Of a stretch of 64,000 nt of DNA, positions 19,486 to 33,257 are shown in pieces; the first letter of the stretch is position 1, and the number at the start of each line of letters is the position of its first letter. The position numbers were made by a program, and so were the translations under genes. The DNA is taken from contig OZ024740.1 in the NCBI GenBank assembly GCA_964016885.1, positions 373,054,001 through 373,118,000 on the forward strand, written 5' to 3'. This DNA comes from Eledone cirrhosa. Lineage: Eukaryota. The notes under the pieces were generated by a model. It saw nothing but the letters and a program-made list of their open reading frames with translations. It had not been told where the DNA came from and ran no database searches.

Positions 19486-19762
19486 GGAGGGGGTGTATAT
19501 GTATTTACTTTTTTACTATTCTATTTGTCCCAGCCCTCCGACTAAGGCGATGCTGGGGCACTGCCCTTGTTGTTTCAAAAGGGAACAATAGTTGTACCAC
19601 ACAAACCCCGAGACAATTATATAGATAACATCAAGAGTGAATACGTCTAATAAAAGAGCTTATTGTCTTTTGTACCTTTTCAATGATAATCGATGTCCAG
19701 ATATGATCGATCTGTTTTCAATTCGTAAAGACTGAAGTTCACCTAGATGTACAGTATATTTC

Positions 19763-19825
<63 letters not shown>

Positions 19826-19997
19826 CACTGGATAGAACTGGTCATTCCGTATGGTCAACCTCGATGTAATATTATGGAGAGCACTCGACGTAATGCAACT
19901 CACCCGTCTTCGTTTGTGTTGTTTGCGGTGCAAGTACGGAGTTAATTATTATAAAATAACAGGATGCTAGACTGGTGTAATTCCTTAAGAAATTTAT

Positions 19998-20056
19998 TAT
20001 ACTATAATCATTTCAGTGACTGGGTTCAGTATGAATCCGGTGACATCATCAGGTAT
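19998..20056 (-). ncRNA. Decayed hammerhead in a probable PLE pseudo-LTR (module about 19822-20170)
   Basis: Minus strand: atac CTGATGA, long imperfect stem II, GAAAtgattATA gtat, then AATAAA and GAGTGC before (TA)n. Confidence 0.5.
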
Positions 20057-20243
20057 TCGAAATATAACAAACGAATATATTAGACAAAATCCATGGGGCT
20101 GAAAGCCATGACATGAGGGTGGTCGAACATTCAGCAGCTTCTAGCCCGGTCAACGCCCCCAGTTATTTTATAATATATATATATATATATGTAAGCATGT
20201 CTCTCTCTCTTTCTCTCACTCTCAATCTCTCAATCTCTTTCTC

Positions 20244-20283
<40 letters not shown>

Positions 20284-20448
20284 GATATGTCCCAAGGCTC
20301 TGATAGCATCAACACTATACACACAGAGCTGGCATATCTAAGAACTGACTAACTGCCTGATGAAGTCATAGACATTGAATGGCTATCATCGGAATATATA
20401 TAGCAGTAAATAAAGGATTATGAGTTCATGCAATTGACTTATGTTTCG

Positions 20449-20493
<45 letters not shown>

Positions 20494-20499
<6 letters not shown>

Positions 20500-20731
20500 T
20501 AAAATAACAGATTAAAGTTTAAGCAACGAATCGCTGCTTTCACTCTTAACGGGATCTTCTGACGCTCTGAGTTTCAGAAGATGCCGTTAAGGGTGAAAGC
20601 AGCGATTTTTTGCTTAAAATGTAATGTGTTATTTTAATAAATATTTGCTCTACGGTTCTTATATGTTTAATATATATTTATCCTTATCGAGCCCTCTTTG
20701 AATTTTAGTCTTCAAATATTATTATTATTAC
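20494..20731 (+). mobile_element. Small fold-back module (family of 4380-4545)
   Basis: Inverted arms 20494-20562/20574-20644, tail to 20731, TA flanks. Confidence 0.65.
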
Positions 20732-20942
20732 TATATATATATTCTAAAACATTTTCCCGATTCCGTCCCGCTCGTCCCTTCAATGTTTCTAATTTCACAT
20801 GCTTTCCCCTAATGAAGGTCTAGCGTCCGAAACATGAAAACCTACTTCCTGCTATTTCGAGCGTGAACGTAATATATTCCTTTCATATACTTTACCGATT
20901 GAGTTGTTATTTATGTTTACCTTTTACACACACACACTCGGA

Positions 20943-21008
<66 letters not shown>

Positions 21009-21033
21009 TGTACACACACACACACACAAACGC

Positions 21034-21082
<49 letters not shown>

Positions 21083-21326
21083 ACACTTTAACTTGAAGCA
21101 ACAAAGAAAGTAAATGAAGTACAATGAAAATATTTATGTGCATAACGTTTGATACCGAAGGTCCTTAATGATTCAGATTCCAGTATTTCAACAGAAGATA
21201 GAAAGCGAAATAAAGTAGTGAGAAGAGGAACAAACGGAGTTTTTGGATAAAACGCACATGTGTGTCCAACCACCCCCCTCTCTCTCTCTCTCTCTCTCTC
21301 ACTCTCTCTCTTTATATATATATATA

Positions 21327-21381
21327 GTGAAAGCAACTGGTGCGTGTGTTTCTTATTGGCAACATGACCCTCCCAAAGTAT

Positions 21382-21386
<5 letters not shown>
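21327..21386 (+). mobile_element. 60-bp 3' tip of the PLE family at 15918-18230
   Basis: agtgaaagcaactggtgcgtgtgtttcttattggcaacatgaccctcccaaagtataacaa between (TA)n tracts; a shorter tip lies at about 22543-22565 (-). Confidence 0.85.
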
Positions 21387-21444
<58 letters not shown>

Positions 21445-22034
21445 TATGTGTGTATGTATGTGTGTGTACATGAATATTTTTATATATGTGTGTGTGTTTT
21501 TATGTGTGTATATGTGTTTGTGTGTGTGTTTATGGTTGCGCGTAAGTGTGTGAGTGAGTATGTGGTTTTTTGTTTTTTTGTGAATGTGTCTGTTGATTTT
21601 TGGCATATAGTTGATTAGTTTAAGAGAAGTTCGAAGATAATAGTAAGATATGCACTCAGTATTTTGAATCTGTCTGCAGAATTCTCTAGACCTTTGTCAC
21701 TTAGTAGAACCTTAATGACTTTAGCTTTTAAAGAATCTCCCTTTTCTTTAATTCTATCGACCGTGACTGACCCCCCACTGATTTTATAGACACATGTTAG
21801 CTTAAGAGAAACTTAATGACAAGGAATGGTATGCCATCCGGAACCTGTTTATAGAATTCTGTCTGCCCTTGTTACTCTAAAAACATAAATAAATAAAAAT
21901 AAACTATAGCTTTGTAGAATTAGCTTTTAATGAATTCCCTTTTCTATCAACCAATGACCTGCACCCATCCCACTCCCCACCCTCTCCTACCACTTGTAGA
22001 GACCTATAAATACCATATTTATTTTTTGATACCC

Positions 22035-22085
22035 AGATTCCTGATGATTTCTAATGAATGAAACAGTTCTAGTCCTGTAGAATCT
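22035..22085 (+). ncRNA. Type I hammerhead
   Basis: agattc CTGATGA tttc taat gaat GAAACAG ttctagtc CTGTA gaatct; 6-bp stem I, 4-bp stem III. Confidence 0.75.
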
Positions 22086-22168
22086 CATCTATATTAAAAC
22101 TTCTATACTCTGCTATGTATTGAGTACCTTACTTACTGTGGTTACCTCCGATTCAACCCGGAATAACG

Positions 22169-22323
22169 TATATATATATATATGTATATATATAATATAT
22201 ATATATATGTATATATATATGTATATATATAATATATATATATATGTATATATATAATTATATATATATATATATAATATATATATATATAATATATATA
22301 TATATATAATATATATATATAAT

Positions 22324-22355
<32 letters not shown>

Positions 22356-22846
22356 ATATATATATATATATAATATAATATATATATATAATATATATAT
22401 ATAATATATATATATATATATAATATATATATATATGTATATATAATATATATATATAATATATATATATAATATATATATATATATATAATATATATAT
22501 GTATATATATAATATTTATATATATATATGTATATATATATATTGTTATATTTGGGGAGGGTCATATTTGCGTAATATTGCCAGAATTAATAACAGAACA
22601 CACTCACTGTTTGGTTGGTTTTCGCTTCTCGCTGTCTTTTATATATATATATCTGCGATCTAACTTACTCGGTCCTCAATGTTGCCATTGACTGACCGGC
22701 GGTCAAAAATAATATAGATACAATATATATATATATATATGTATATATATAATATTTATATATATATATGTATATATATATAATATTTATATATATATAT
22801 GTATATATATATATATGTATATATAGATATATATATATGTATATAT

Positions 22847-22931
<85 letters not shown>

Positions 22932-22955
22932 GTATATATAATATATATATATATG

Positions 22956-22988
<33 letters not shown>

Positions 22989-23038
22989 GTATATATAATA
23001 TGTATATATATGTATATATATATATATATGTATATATA

Positions 23039-23115
<77 letters not shown>

Positions 23116-23126
23116 ATATATATATA

Positions 23127-23190
<64 letters not shown>

Positions 23191-23276
23191 GTATATATAA
23201 TATATATATGTATATATATATGTATATATAATATATATATATATATATAAAATATATATATATATATATATAATAT

Positions 23277-23345
<69 letters not shown>
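22169..23345. repeat. (TA)n microsatellites interrupted by a short unique island (22543-22722)
   Basis: Directly visible. Confidence 0.95.
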
Positions 23346-23346
<1 letters not shown>

Positions 23347-24588
23347 GAAAATGAGAGACATATCACAATAGAAACAGAAACCCTCTATCTCAATCTTACT
23401 TTTGAAAATCAGAAGAATTGTGAAACCGATAAAATAAATGAATAAATATTCTTAAAAGAATCCAGTTACATTTTTAATTTCTTTTCCTTTTATCTAAATG
23501 TATATAGATCTATACATATATGCACTTAAATGACTGCATGATACGCAACTAATGCGCTGGCCTAAGGTGTTGAATGTTGGAATGCGTTTTATCTTCTACA
23601 CCCTAAAACACAATCATTCCCAAGATATGCTTTATATTAAACTATCAGAAACGTAATATCTCCTAGAAGTAAATATATGGAAATAGGCCGTGTGGTTGCC
23701 CTAGGTACTGTAGCTGTTATATTTTACTTTCATCGATAAATACAATGCGTGCCAGCACAGAAAAAAGTTGTAAATGTACAGCCTATTAGTCAGGCATTTA
23801 GCAGAGTATATTTTGTAAGTTATTTATAAATAGCTGAGTCACACGAGCTCAAATGATCCACGATGGATGTAAACACTGGATTAAAACTGAGATGTCGGTC
23901 GAGATACTTGAGTTTCTAGGGGATACTTAATAGTTGGAATGAAACCTATATTCTTAGATAAAACCCTGGTGGGAGATTTTAGATAAATATAAATACCTCT
24001 AACAAGTAGTTTTGTATCGGAAAATCAGGAGCGGTTTCAGTGGGTTTGATGTCGAAACGGTTAATAAATCCCAGTTCATCTTGTTTATACTGACGTAGTA
24101 TATTTGGTGGTGTACAATTTCTAGTATGTCATGAGTCCATGCAGAAACCTATTATAAGGTAGGATGCAAACATGTTGATTTGGATTTTAAGTAAACAAGC
24201 TACTTTTAACAAATTATTGAAAATACTGTTTGCTTTTTTAAACACAAAAATTATATATTGATGACAAAGCACTTGCAGAGAATTAAATTAAATTTAAATT
24301 AAAGATATTATGATGGCAAAATGTTAAATATACAAATTTATCACTGCGAGATAACTGAATTAATTTGATGCGAACAGATGTTGAAATTTCTTTCACTTCA
24401 ATGAAATAATAATGAAAAAAAAAAACGTTATTATAAAAAAGTTATTATTACGAGGTTCATTAAAAGTTTGCAAACAATGCTCGAATTTAATTAATAAAAA
24501 CTACAGACTCACAATAAAATAATGCCCCACCCGGTGTTTCTAGACCACATCCCCTTGATTTCACACTCTTTTTTCCTCATATAAATAA

Positions 24589-24649
<61 letters not shown>

Positions 24650-27584
24650 TATATTGTTTGTGCGTGTCTGGGTGTGTCGGTGTGCAAGTATTAGGGTGGG
24701 GGTCATTAGAAAGGAGGAGATACTTAATTCTTTTTGTTGCGCTATTGAAAGAAAGTGAATATCTTCAAAGGTTACTAATTAAATTTATTCAAAACAAATT
24801 TACTGCCACAACAAGAAGAACATTATCACTGAATCCAACACAACAGGAACACAAACAGATAAGCAAACCACACGAACAAAGAACACACTCACATAAAAAA
24901 AATAAAAAAAACATTAAAATACCAACTACTTCGTAACAACACCTCTTTGTCTACATGCCGGAATTTGAAATTAGATATATGAAAACAGGAAAAGAAAGAA
25001 ACATGTCTAAAAGAAAACTGAATCAAATAGTATCAAACACAAAAATTAGCCTGAACGTTTCAAGGAAGTAATTTAGGTGAAGAATGATATCACCTATTGT
25101 AATCATTCATTATAAATCAAAGGAAACAGGAGAAAATCATTAAGTTTTCTGCTATAATTGGACTATTTGTTTTTCATCCAACTTTATATATTCCATTCTA
25201 CGCAAGTTCACATCAGAAAAGTAGAAACAAAACTTAGTCATGATGGAAGCTAATCATATGTTTTTACAGTGGCATATAAAAAAAACCCCAAAACATAAGA
25301 CTAAATTTTTTTAGTCACAGACATCGAGAGAAATCCTAATGTCAAAATGTGTTTAGCGTAGCTCGATTCTGTTGCGCATACATTCTTTATGGAGAATATA
25401 TGTTAGATTAAATTAAACATTTGTAGTATCCTGAATCGGCGTTCACATATGTTTCAGGAATTCATGGTTTACATTCAGATTATTTAAGAAATATAGTGTG
25501 TAATTTATTCGCAGTCCAGCTTTAACTATCAATGTGGCATATTTATAATCTAGTCACTTTACTCTTGTGTCATGGTGTTCAAAATTCAATTCAATAGTGT
25601 GTGTTATACGCAGCATTCTCCCTTTACTACCTGAACAAATAATTATTTCTTTGATGACTTTACATCATATTTAACATATTGATCTTTCCTATATTTTCAG
25701 GCAGATTTATTCTCCAAAATTTAAGGATTAAATTCCAACACACTAAATGGATTGGCAGTATCGCTACAGGGTCGGACGCCATGCTTTTCAGCATAGAGTT
25801 ACAGCCCTTTACGGTCTGATTTCAAATTATGTGCCAAATGTAGAAACAATTATTATGAGAAATATGTTCTAATCACAATAATTACTGGAACCTTTTTTAT
25901 GTATTGTTTACTAATGTAATTACAGAAGCAACAGAATGTACATTTGTGCAGTTTTACGTTCTGCATGCCACATTAAGAGGGAAGAATGATTAGTAAATAA
26001 TAAGTTTATTCAAGAATTCCTATTATTAAAATAAGCGTCAATACTATATTATCTGAATATCACCTACGATCTACATAGATACGTATAATGTTCATTTGAA
26101 GTTGGAAATTCTTATCCTAGCGTATGATATTTTGAGAGAAATTGTGCTTTACCTGCAGGGAACCGAAATTACTTTCAGTTAGTGATCTCCTTTTTTATCC
26201 ATGGAAGATTAGTTGATAAATTAACTCCAATTGAGAAACTTTCCAGTTAATTTCATGGATTTACTAATTATTTGCCACTTTTGATATCCTAGCGATAATA
26301 TAATCATGTGAGACTTCTTTTCATTCCTGAACAAATAAGCCATTATCAGGCAGCTCTGGCTCTTGTAGCTATTACATCTTATACACGATAATCACAGCCT
26401 TCTTTATATTTGATGATTAATGGAAATCCGGATGTTTTTATTTTAGTTCATTGTATATAAATGTGAATTCATGAGGTGCATCACAGAAAATGCGAACGAA
26501 TAGACTTATTTATTGTATTATATTCAGATACATTGAAACATATATCATCGTGAATGCATTCTCTTAAATTAGTTCTTTTTTAACGGTTAGGCAAAAAACA
26601 ATTGGATTAATTAAGCATATTTCTCTGCATCTAACGATGTATGAAGAAGCTGATATATTCATCTGTTTTATGTAGAAAAGTGTTATGAACGATTCAATTA
26701 TTTCATTGATGAAGTTCAATATAATTTCAGCATTTCGTTTTTCAATTCTTAAACGACGTGAGTAGACAGCACACTTCTCCAAATAACATAATGAAATGAT
26801 TTAAGATTAGTCAATAATGTTAACTGCACCTATAAAATTACTAATGCCCAGAATTCTTCCATACATAGGTTTATTGTTGTAGTAGATATGATGCATATTT
26901 TGAGACATATGTAGCCTTGCTTTGCTGTTTTATCGAAAATGCCTAAACAAACCACAAAGATGCCTGAAGTAACTTTGTTTTTCTAGTTTCACATGACAAG
27001 TATTGAACACAGAAGAAAATGATATCACCTCAGAGAATACACGATGAAGACTAGATTTCATTTTAATCAATGGTTTCTATAAAATATGCCTGTGGGTTGG
27101 GACAAAAATACTGCAGGTGGAAGAACGAACTGTAGTTTAATGTTTTTACAAGTTTGGTACTATGTTTACATTGCACTACTGTACACCAATTGCTTTGAAT
27201 ATATTTAGTTATTGTTGTAAGATAGACGAACGTTGTTTTCAATTCCACTTCTCAGAATTTGCCCCAAAGATGCCTTATCCTTTGTCAGCTAATCTAGTAC
27301 CACTTGCCAGAATTGAAAATCATCATAAGTTGTTCAGTTATTCGTACATGTCATTCATTAAATCCAGCAGCCTTGCTCTACACCTGGTTCTAGAGATTTC
27401 AAGTTGCATATATTTCTGACTTGCTTCACGTCTCTAACTGAAATGCCTCGATCTGTCTGCCGTGGGCAAACTGTTGTCTGTTTCCGTTCCTGTGTCCATT
27501 TAGCGTCATAATTGTCTTGCTCTTCTTTACTCCAAATAACTCTGTAAATTATTGACATTCATTGCTATCTATATATATTTCATG

Positions 27585-27737
27585 AGGAAATTGAAAAAGG
27601 TCGAAGTAATATCAGTTGTCGTAGGGTCTTATGGATGGCTAAACAAACTAAAACTGAATTTTACAGTAGTAGTGTTACAGAAAATCTGTTTGTTTGGAAC
27701 GATTAGTATAATACAAAGGAAATTAGATGCAAACTGA
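27585..27737 (+). mobile_element. Decayed 3' end of an R4/Dong-like LINE
   Basis: KLKKVEVISVVVGS..VLQKICLFGTISIIQRKL resembles the C-terminus of the ORF ending at 43399. Confidence 0.6.
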
Positions 27738-28144
27738 AAGCAGGGTAACAACGTCGTAACTACGACCACTGGATGTGCTACGTTAATTGACTAAACCATG
27801 GATTAAGATCAATAATCATTAAATCGACGTTCTCCTCCCGCGAAATTGCTGCTCCTGTGCCTAAATCAGAAATCATTATTATTATTCGATGCTTGCATGT
27901 TTCCTACACCGGTGAGTTAATCTCTTAATCAAGACAAATGAGCTCAGATTAAGAGTACTTCGCTCCAAATATTTACCGTTCCCAACAACGCAGTGTTGAA
28001 CTGCCAATTGCCAATTGCCTTCAATTTACTTGAGTTGCACGGATGTTGTTAGTTGCGTTACAGATGTTAATAATGTTGATGAGGAAATGGTAGAACTATA
28101 GCTACAACCGACACTATTTCACAGTGTGACGAATAAGGTAGAAA

Positions 28145-28321
28145 ATAATTGTTTCTACTTTTGACACAAGGCCAGCAATTGACAAGTAATTACTGGTACT
28201 TTATTTTATCGACCCCGTACGGATGAAAGGTACAGATTTGAACTCAGAATGGAAATGGCCGCAACTCTATGCGTCAAAGCATGTCGTCCAACCCTCTACC
28301 GATACTGCAAAATTCACCGCC
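28145..28321 (-). mobile_element. tRNA-derived SINE (decayed)
   Basis: Box A/B-like head (gagttcaaatc on the minus strand); homologous to 54277-54473 and 61412-61595. Confidence 0.75.
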
Positions 28322-28750
28322 CTATATATATATAATATTACATAAAAGGCGTAGGGAGAATGTATCAATATATCATCATTCTGTTTATTTACATGTGAAT
28401 CGATCAGCGCAAAGTACTACTGGTGGTGACATCTCATCAGGTTTGTGGATCCTTTAATTACATTGTGAATAAACGATAATGCTGTATTTATACTTCGTCA
28501 CATGTGAATAAACATAATATTATATTAATACTTCTCTCCTACTACTTCTTATAAATATTATTAACACTCTGCTTCGTAATGAAACCAGCTATGGTGAAAT
28601 AACAAACATAGCATACCACATCGGTAACCGTAGTCGTATAATCATAGAATGCTGACACTGGTGAGCCAACAGTAACTAAACATTACACACAAATGCAGTT
28701 TATATATATATATATAAGTATATATCCGAAGCCTATCAACGTTATCAAAG

Positions 28751-28812
<62 letters not shown>

Positions 28813-30088
28813 GTGTGTGCTTAACAGAGGGAGATAGAGAGTCAGGGGGGGGGGGGGGGAGAAGGTATTGTGTAGGATCAACAGGTCATGCACTAACATT
28901 TCTCATTTCTAAAATGATAATGAAAAGATTAAAAAATCTTTCTTGTCCCAATATACATTCGTTGTTTCTAAAATTGACATTAACGCAGAATACTCATCAG
29001 TGGCATTGAAATACAAGTTAGAAATTATTATCACGGAAGGAGCACTGACGCTGATGTATTGTCTGTCTTAAACGAACAATTGCAACCAACAATCTAGAAG
29101 TTGTTTTTATATTTCCTTCAATAGATCTAACCGGCTTAAATCTAAACAATTACCATAGAACGTTGCAAATGTGATTGTTTTCGGAAAATGATGCATACGA
29201 ATCAGGCTGCGAAAAATTTACGAAGACGCAATTGTAGTTTAATAGAATGTGATCTTTGAGAGAAGTTCGTGTTATATCAGGTTGTATCAAGAGAATTATT
29301 CAAAGATCGCAGTGCCCGAGAGGAAAAGCAGCCAGAAAATGATTGATAAAACTGCAGGTAGAGTAGGCGCAATAGACAAAGCTTGGAATAATTCAACCTT
29401 TAGCAAAAATAAATTGTTCTTCACTGAAAACATTGCTTTATGGTAACGTAAAGAAAGGAACGTGTGCCGAATTTTAATTTCGGGAAGCATAGGAATGAAC
29501 GAGATGAAGTAAATTTGACATAATCATACTCAAATATACATACACACATGCATGCATACAAGCACACACATAGTTATCCCTATTTCCGTCTGACCCTCTC
29601 CCACACATGCATATATAAATGTGTATGTTCGTGTGTGCGAGCGTGCGTGCTATATATATTTATATACTTATATATAGTATAAATAAAATTTCATATACTT
29701 AACATTGGCTTCGAGGGACAAGGTATGGCCAGCACTGTATATTGGAGGAGGCACTTTTAAACTGGCCCTTCTTCGGGCATGTTGACAGACATATGAAAAG
29801 GGAAGTACATTAAACCGACAATTCTTTTCTCCAAACAGTGGAGATCTTCATATTTGAAACAAGGCAAATATGGCTTGAAATCAGTCTGGGACTAATATTT
29901 AAAAGTTTATAAGATTTTGTATTTGATTGTTCTCCCCTCAGATGAGTTTCGACACCATGAATTTCCGCATGGTTCTGACGAAAGGATTATATTTCAGAGT
30001 ATTCAAGTTTATTCACTTACCCTGTGTCCTGATAGTGGGTCGAACTATAGTCCAAATATACACACACTAAAAATTACACACGTATGCG

Positions 30089-30142
<54 letters not shown>

Positions 30143-30204
30143 CGTGTGCGTGTGCATATGTGTGTGTGTCTGCATGAGTGTGCATACGTGTGCAATTTTT
30201 AGTA

Positions 30205-30245
<41 letters not shown>

Positions 30246-30247
30246 AG

Positions 30248-30350
30248 TGAAGGCGTGGGGCTGAGCGGTTAGAGAATTGGATTCGGAATCGTGAGGTTGT
30301 GAGATCAATTCCCGGAGACTTTATTTCACGTTGCTTCTTGTACCTGGAGT
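30248..30350 (+). mobile_element. tRNA-derived SINE head (second family)
   Basis: ggcgtggggctgagcggttag..gagatcaattccc (box A/B-like); related to 35490-35740. Confidence 0.6.
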
Positions 30351-31031
30351 TGCGACCGATATATAGTATCGGCAATTGGAAAAACCAATGGAAACATTAT
30401 TTCTGCGGTCCGATTTGACGAAAGTCGATAATCTGTCATATATGTGTTTGTGTGTGTACATATATGAGTCTGTGTTTGTAAGAGTGTGTCTCTAATTATT
30501 TACACAGGTGCATACAGTAATGTATCTTTGTGTATAAATATGTACATTTATGTCCTCGTTTTAGTGTGAAAATATGTTTATGTGTATTTATGAATGTCAT
30601 TGTGCACGTGTATATCTGCCTATACGTGCGTCGGCGTGTATGTACATGTATGTCTTCTAATATTCCATTTTCTTTCACATCACTTCTTTCATATCAGCTA
30701 ATGTCTTTACTGAAAATATTCTTATCTTTAGTTCCTTAAAGAAGACAATAGACTGAAGGCGTAGAATCATCCTATGATGTTTTTTTATACTTCATTGCCA
30801 ACAGAAAAAACGAAATCAGTTCAACAATATTTACAATGATAGTCTGCTATCAGAAACTTCCCTTGCTTAATGTCTAAGCACATATTGCCCCTTCATACAT
30901 AATTGTGGAAATATTTTACTTTCCTTTGTTCCCCTCTCCCTCTCTAAATCTTGCTCTCTTTGTGTGTGTGTGTGTGTGGGGGGGGGGGGGCATGTATATC
31001 TATATACATATATATATTAATCATATATGTT

Positions 31032-31063
<32 letters not shown>

Positions 31064-31195
31064 CATGCTTTCTTTGTACTGTGTCATGCGACTTGTTATG
31101 CATGTCTCTCTTTGTACATACACATACATGTATATATATTATATATATAATAAATAAATAACAAAGAACGCTTATAGCATATGCATATCTTTACT

Positions 31196-31241
31196 TGCTA
31201 ACATTGTTTCATCCACACTATAAGTGGGACTCATCAGAGCA
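31196..31241 (-). ncRNA. Type I hammerhead (mirror of 32854-32899)
   Basis: Exact reverse complement of the right-arm motif. Confidence 0.75.
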
Positions 31242-31961
31242 TAAAGGTTAATTACATACCATACAAGCAATAACAAATCCAAGACATTGAAGAATGAAAG
31301 GTAATAATAGACGATAGAGGATAAGAATAAAAAGTAAATAAAAATAAAAATAAAAATAAAAGTGAAAATAAAAATAAAAATAGAAATAAAAATAAGGGGT
31401 GCTATCTGTCACAGTTGGGCGGTGTGCTGTCAACATATAGTTACATACAATCATACACATGGATGAGAGAACAGACAAGAGTAGACACATGGATAAGAGA
31501 ACAGACAAGAGTAGATAAGATAATGGGATTAGGTAAGAGTAGGTAAAAAATAGGTAAAAAATAGGTAAAAAATAGGTAAAAAACAGACTTATAATATATA
31601 TAAAAAGAAATACAAAGAAATACATAACAAACTTACATATAAAATATAAAATATAGGGTAAGGAATGAGATAAAATAATATACAATTAAAAATTAAAAAT
31701 TATATACATAGAACATAATATAGTATAATCGTAAAATAAGATAAAATAAGGTAAACTAAAATCAAATAACATAGACTAAATTAAAATTAAAATAAAATTA
31801 AAATCAAATGTGTAATTATAATTATATGTATAATTAAATGTAATTAAATGTAATTAAATAAATAAATAAAGAAATAAATAAATAAAAATTAAAAATTAAA
31901 TAAATAAATAAAATTAAAATTTAAATTTTAAAATTTTAAAATTAAAATCTAAATTTAAATA

Positions 31962-31992
<31 letters not shown>

Positions 31993-32104
31993 ATGGAGTC
32001 AAGTAAGTAAAAAAATATATATCTTATCTCAATTTACTTTATTTCATTTTATTTTATTTCATTTCATATTATCTAATTTTATTTATTTACTTACTTGACT
32101 CCAT

Positions 32105-32139
<35 letters not shown>

Positions 32140-32853
32140 TATTTAAATTTAGATTTTAATTTTAAAATTTTAAAATTTAAATTTTAATTTTATTTATTTA
32201 TTTAATTTTTAATTTTTATTTATTTATTTCTTTATTTATTTATTTAATTACATTTAATTACATTTAATTATACATATAATTATAATTACACATTTGATTT
32301 TAATTTCATTTTAATTTTAATTTAGTCTATGTTATTTGATTTTAGTTTACCTTATTTTATCTTATTTTACGATTATACTATATTATGTTCTATGTATATA
32401 ATTTTTAATTTTTAATTGTATATTATTTTATCTCATTCCTTACCCTATATTTTATATTTTATATGTAAGTTTGTTATGTATTTCTTTGTATTTCTTTTTA
32501 TATATATTATAAGTCTGTTTTTTACCTATTTTTTACCTATTTTTTACCTATTTTTTACCTACTCTTACCTAATCCCATTATCTTATCTACTCTTGTCTGT
32601 TCTCTTATCCATGTGTCTACTCTTGTCTGTTCTCTCATCCATGTGTATGCTTGTATGTAACTATATGTTGACAGCACACCGCCCAACTGTGACAGATAGC
32701 ACCCCTTATTTTTATTTCTATTTTTATTTTTATTTTCACTTTTATTTTTATTTTTATTTACTTTTTATTCTTATCCTCTATCGTCTATTATTACCTTTCA
32801 TTCTTCAATGTCTTGGATTTGTTATTGCTTGTATGGTATGTAATTAACCTTTA

Positions 32854-32899
32854 TGCTCTGATGAGTCCCACTTATAGTGTGGATGAAACAATGTTAGCA
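32854..32899 (+). ncRNA. Type I hammerhead
   Basis: tgct CTGATGA gtcccact tat agtgtggat GAAAC aat GTT agca. Confidence 0.8.
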
Positions 32900-33057
32900 A
32901 GTAAAGATATGCATATGCTATAAGCGTTCTTTGTTATTTATTTATTATATTACGGCTCTGTCCTCAGACATTGAGCTAACCTCATACTGCCTGCTGGATA
33001 AGTGGAGTGTTATACACCCCTGATCCTTTCCCTAGCATACTATATATTATATATATG

Positions 33058-33140
<83 letters not shown>

Positions 33141-33257
33141 AATATGCCAGCGAAGTAATCAGAAGGATGGGCACCACCTTCGGATTGCCTCAACTGTCGG
33201 CATTTACTCCTATATACTGAGGCTGACGCGTTCTGCTGACAAATCAACTGTGGAATC

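Larger units (their letters stand above)
31145..33040 (+). mobile_element. Large fold-back module, probably PLE 3' UTR/pseudo-LTR
   Basis: About 865-bp near-identical inverted arms 31145-32011/32086-32950, 74-bp spacer, tail 32951-33040, one hammerhead per arm. Confidence 0.75.

Noticed and set aside
20354-20842. Hammerhead-like cores at about 20358 (GGAA for GAAA) and 20809 (CTAATGA); similar cases at about 8437-8500, 29938 and 51787
   Set aside because: Core nucleotides are mutated and only single copies are visible; probably dead remnants, so not called
28145-28321. tRNA genes at box A/B-like sites (also 30248, 35490, 54277, 61412)
   Set aside because: No cloverleaf, and each is followed by a shared SINE body
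27358-29520. RTE-like peptide scraps at about 27360-27550 and 29250-29450 (also about 49720-49920)
   Set aside because: Too decayed to assign by eye
31248-32847. Twin hydrophobic 143-145 aa ORFs that look like membrane proteins
   Set aside because: T-rich low-complexity arms of the palindrome, with TTG starts
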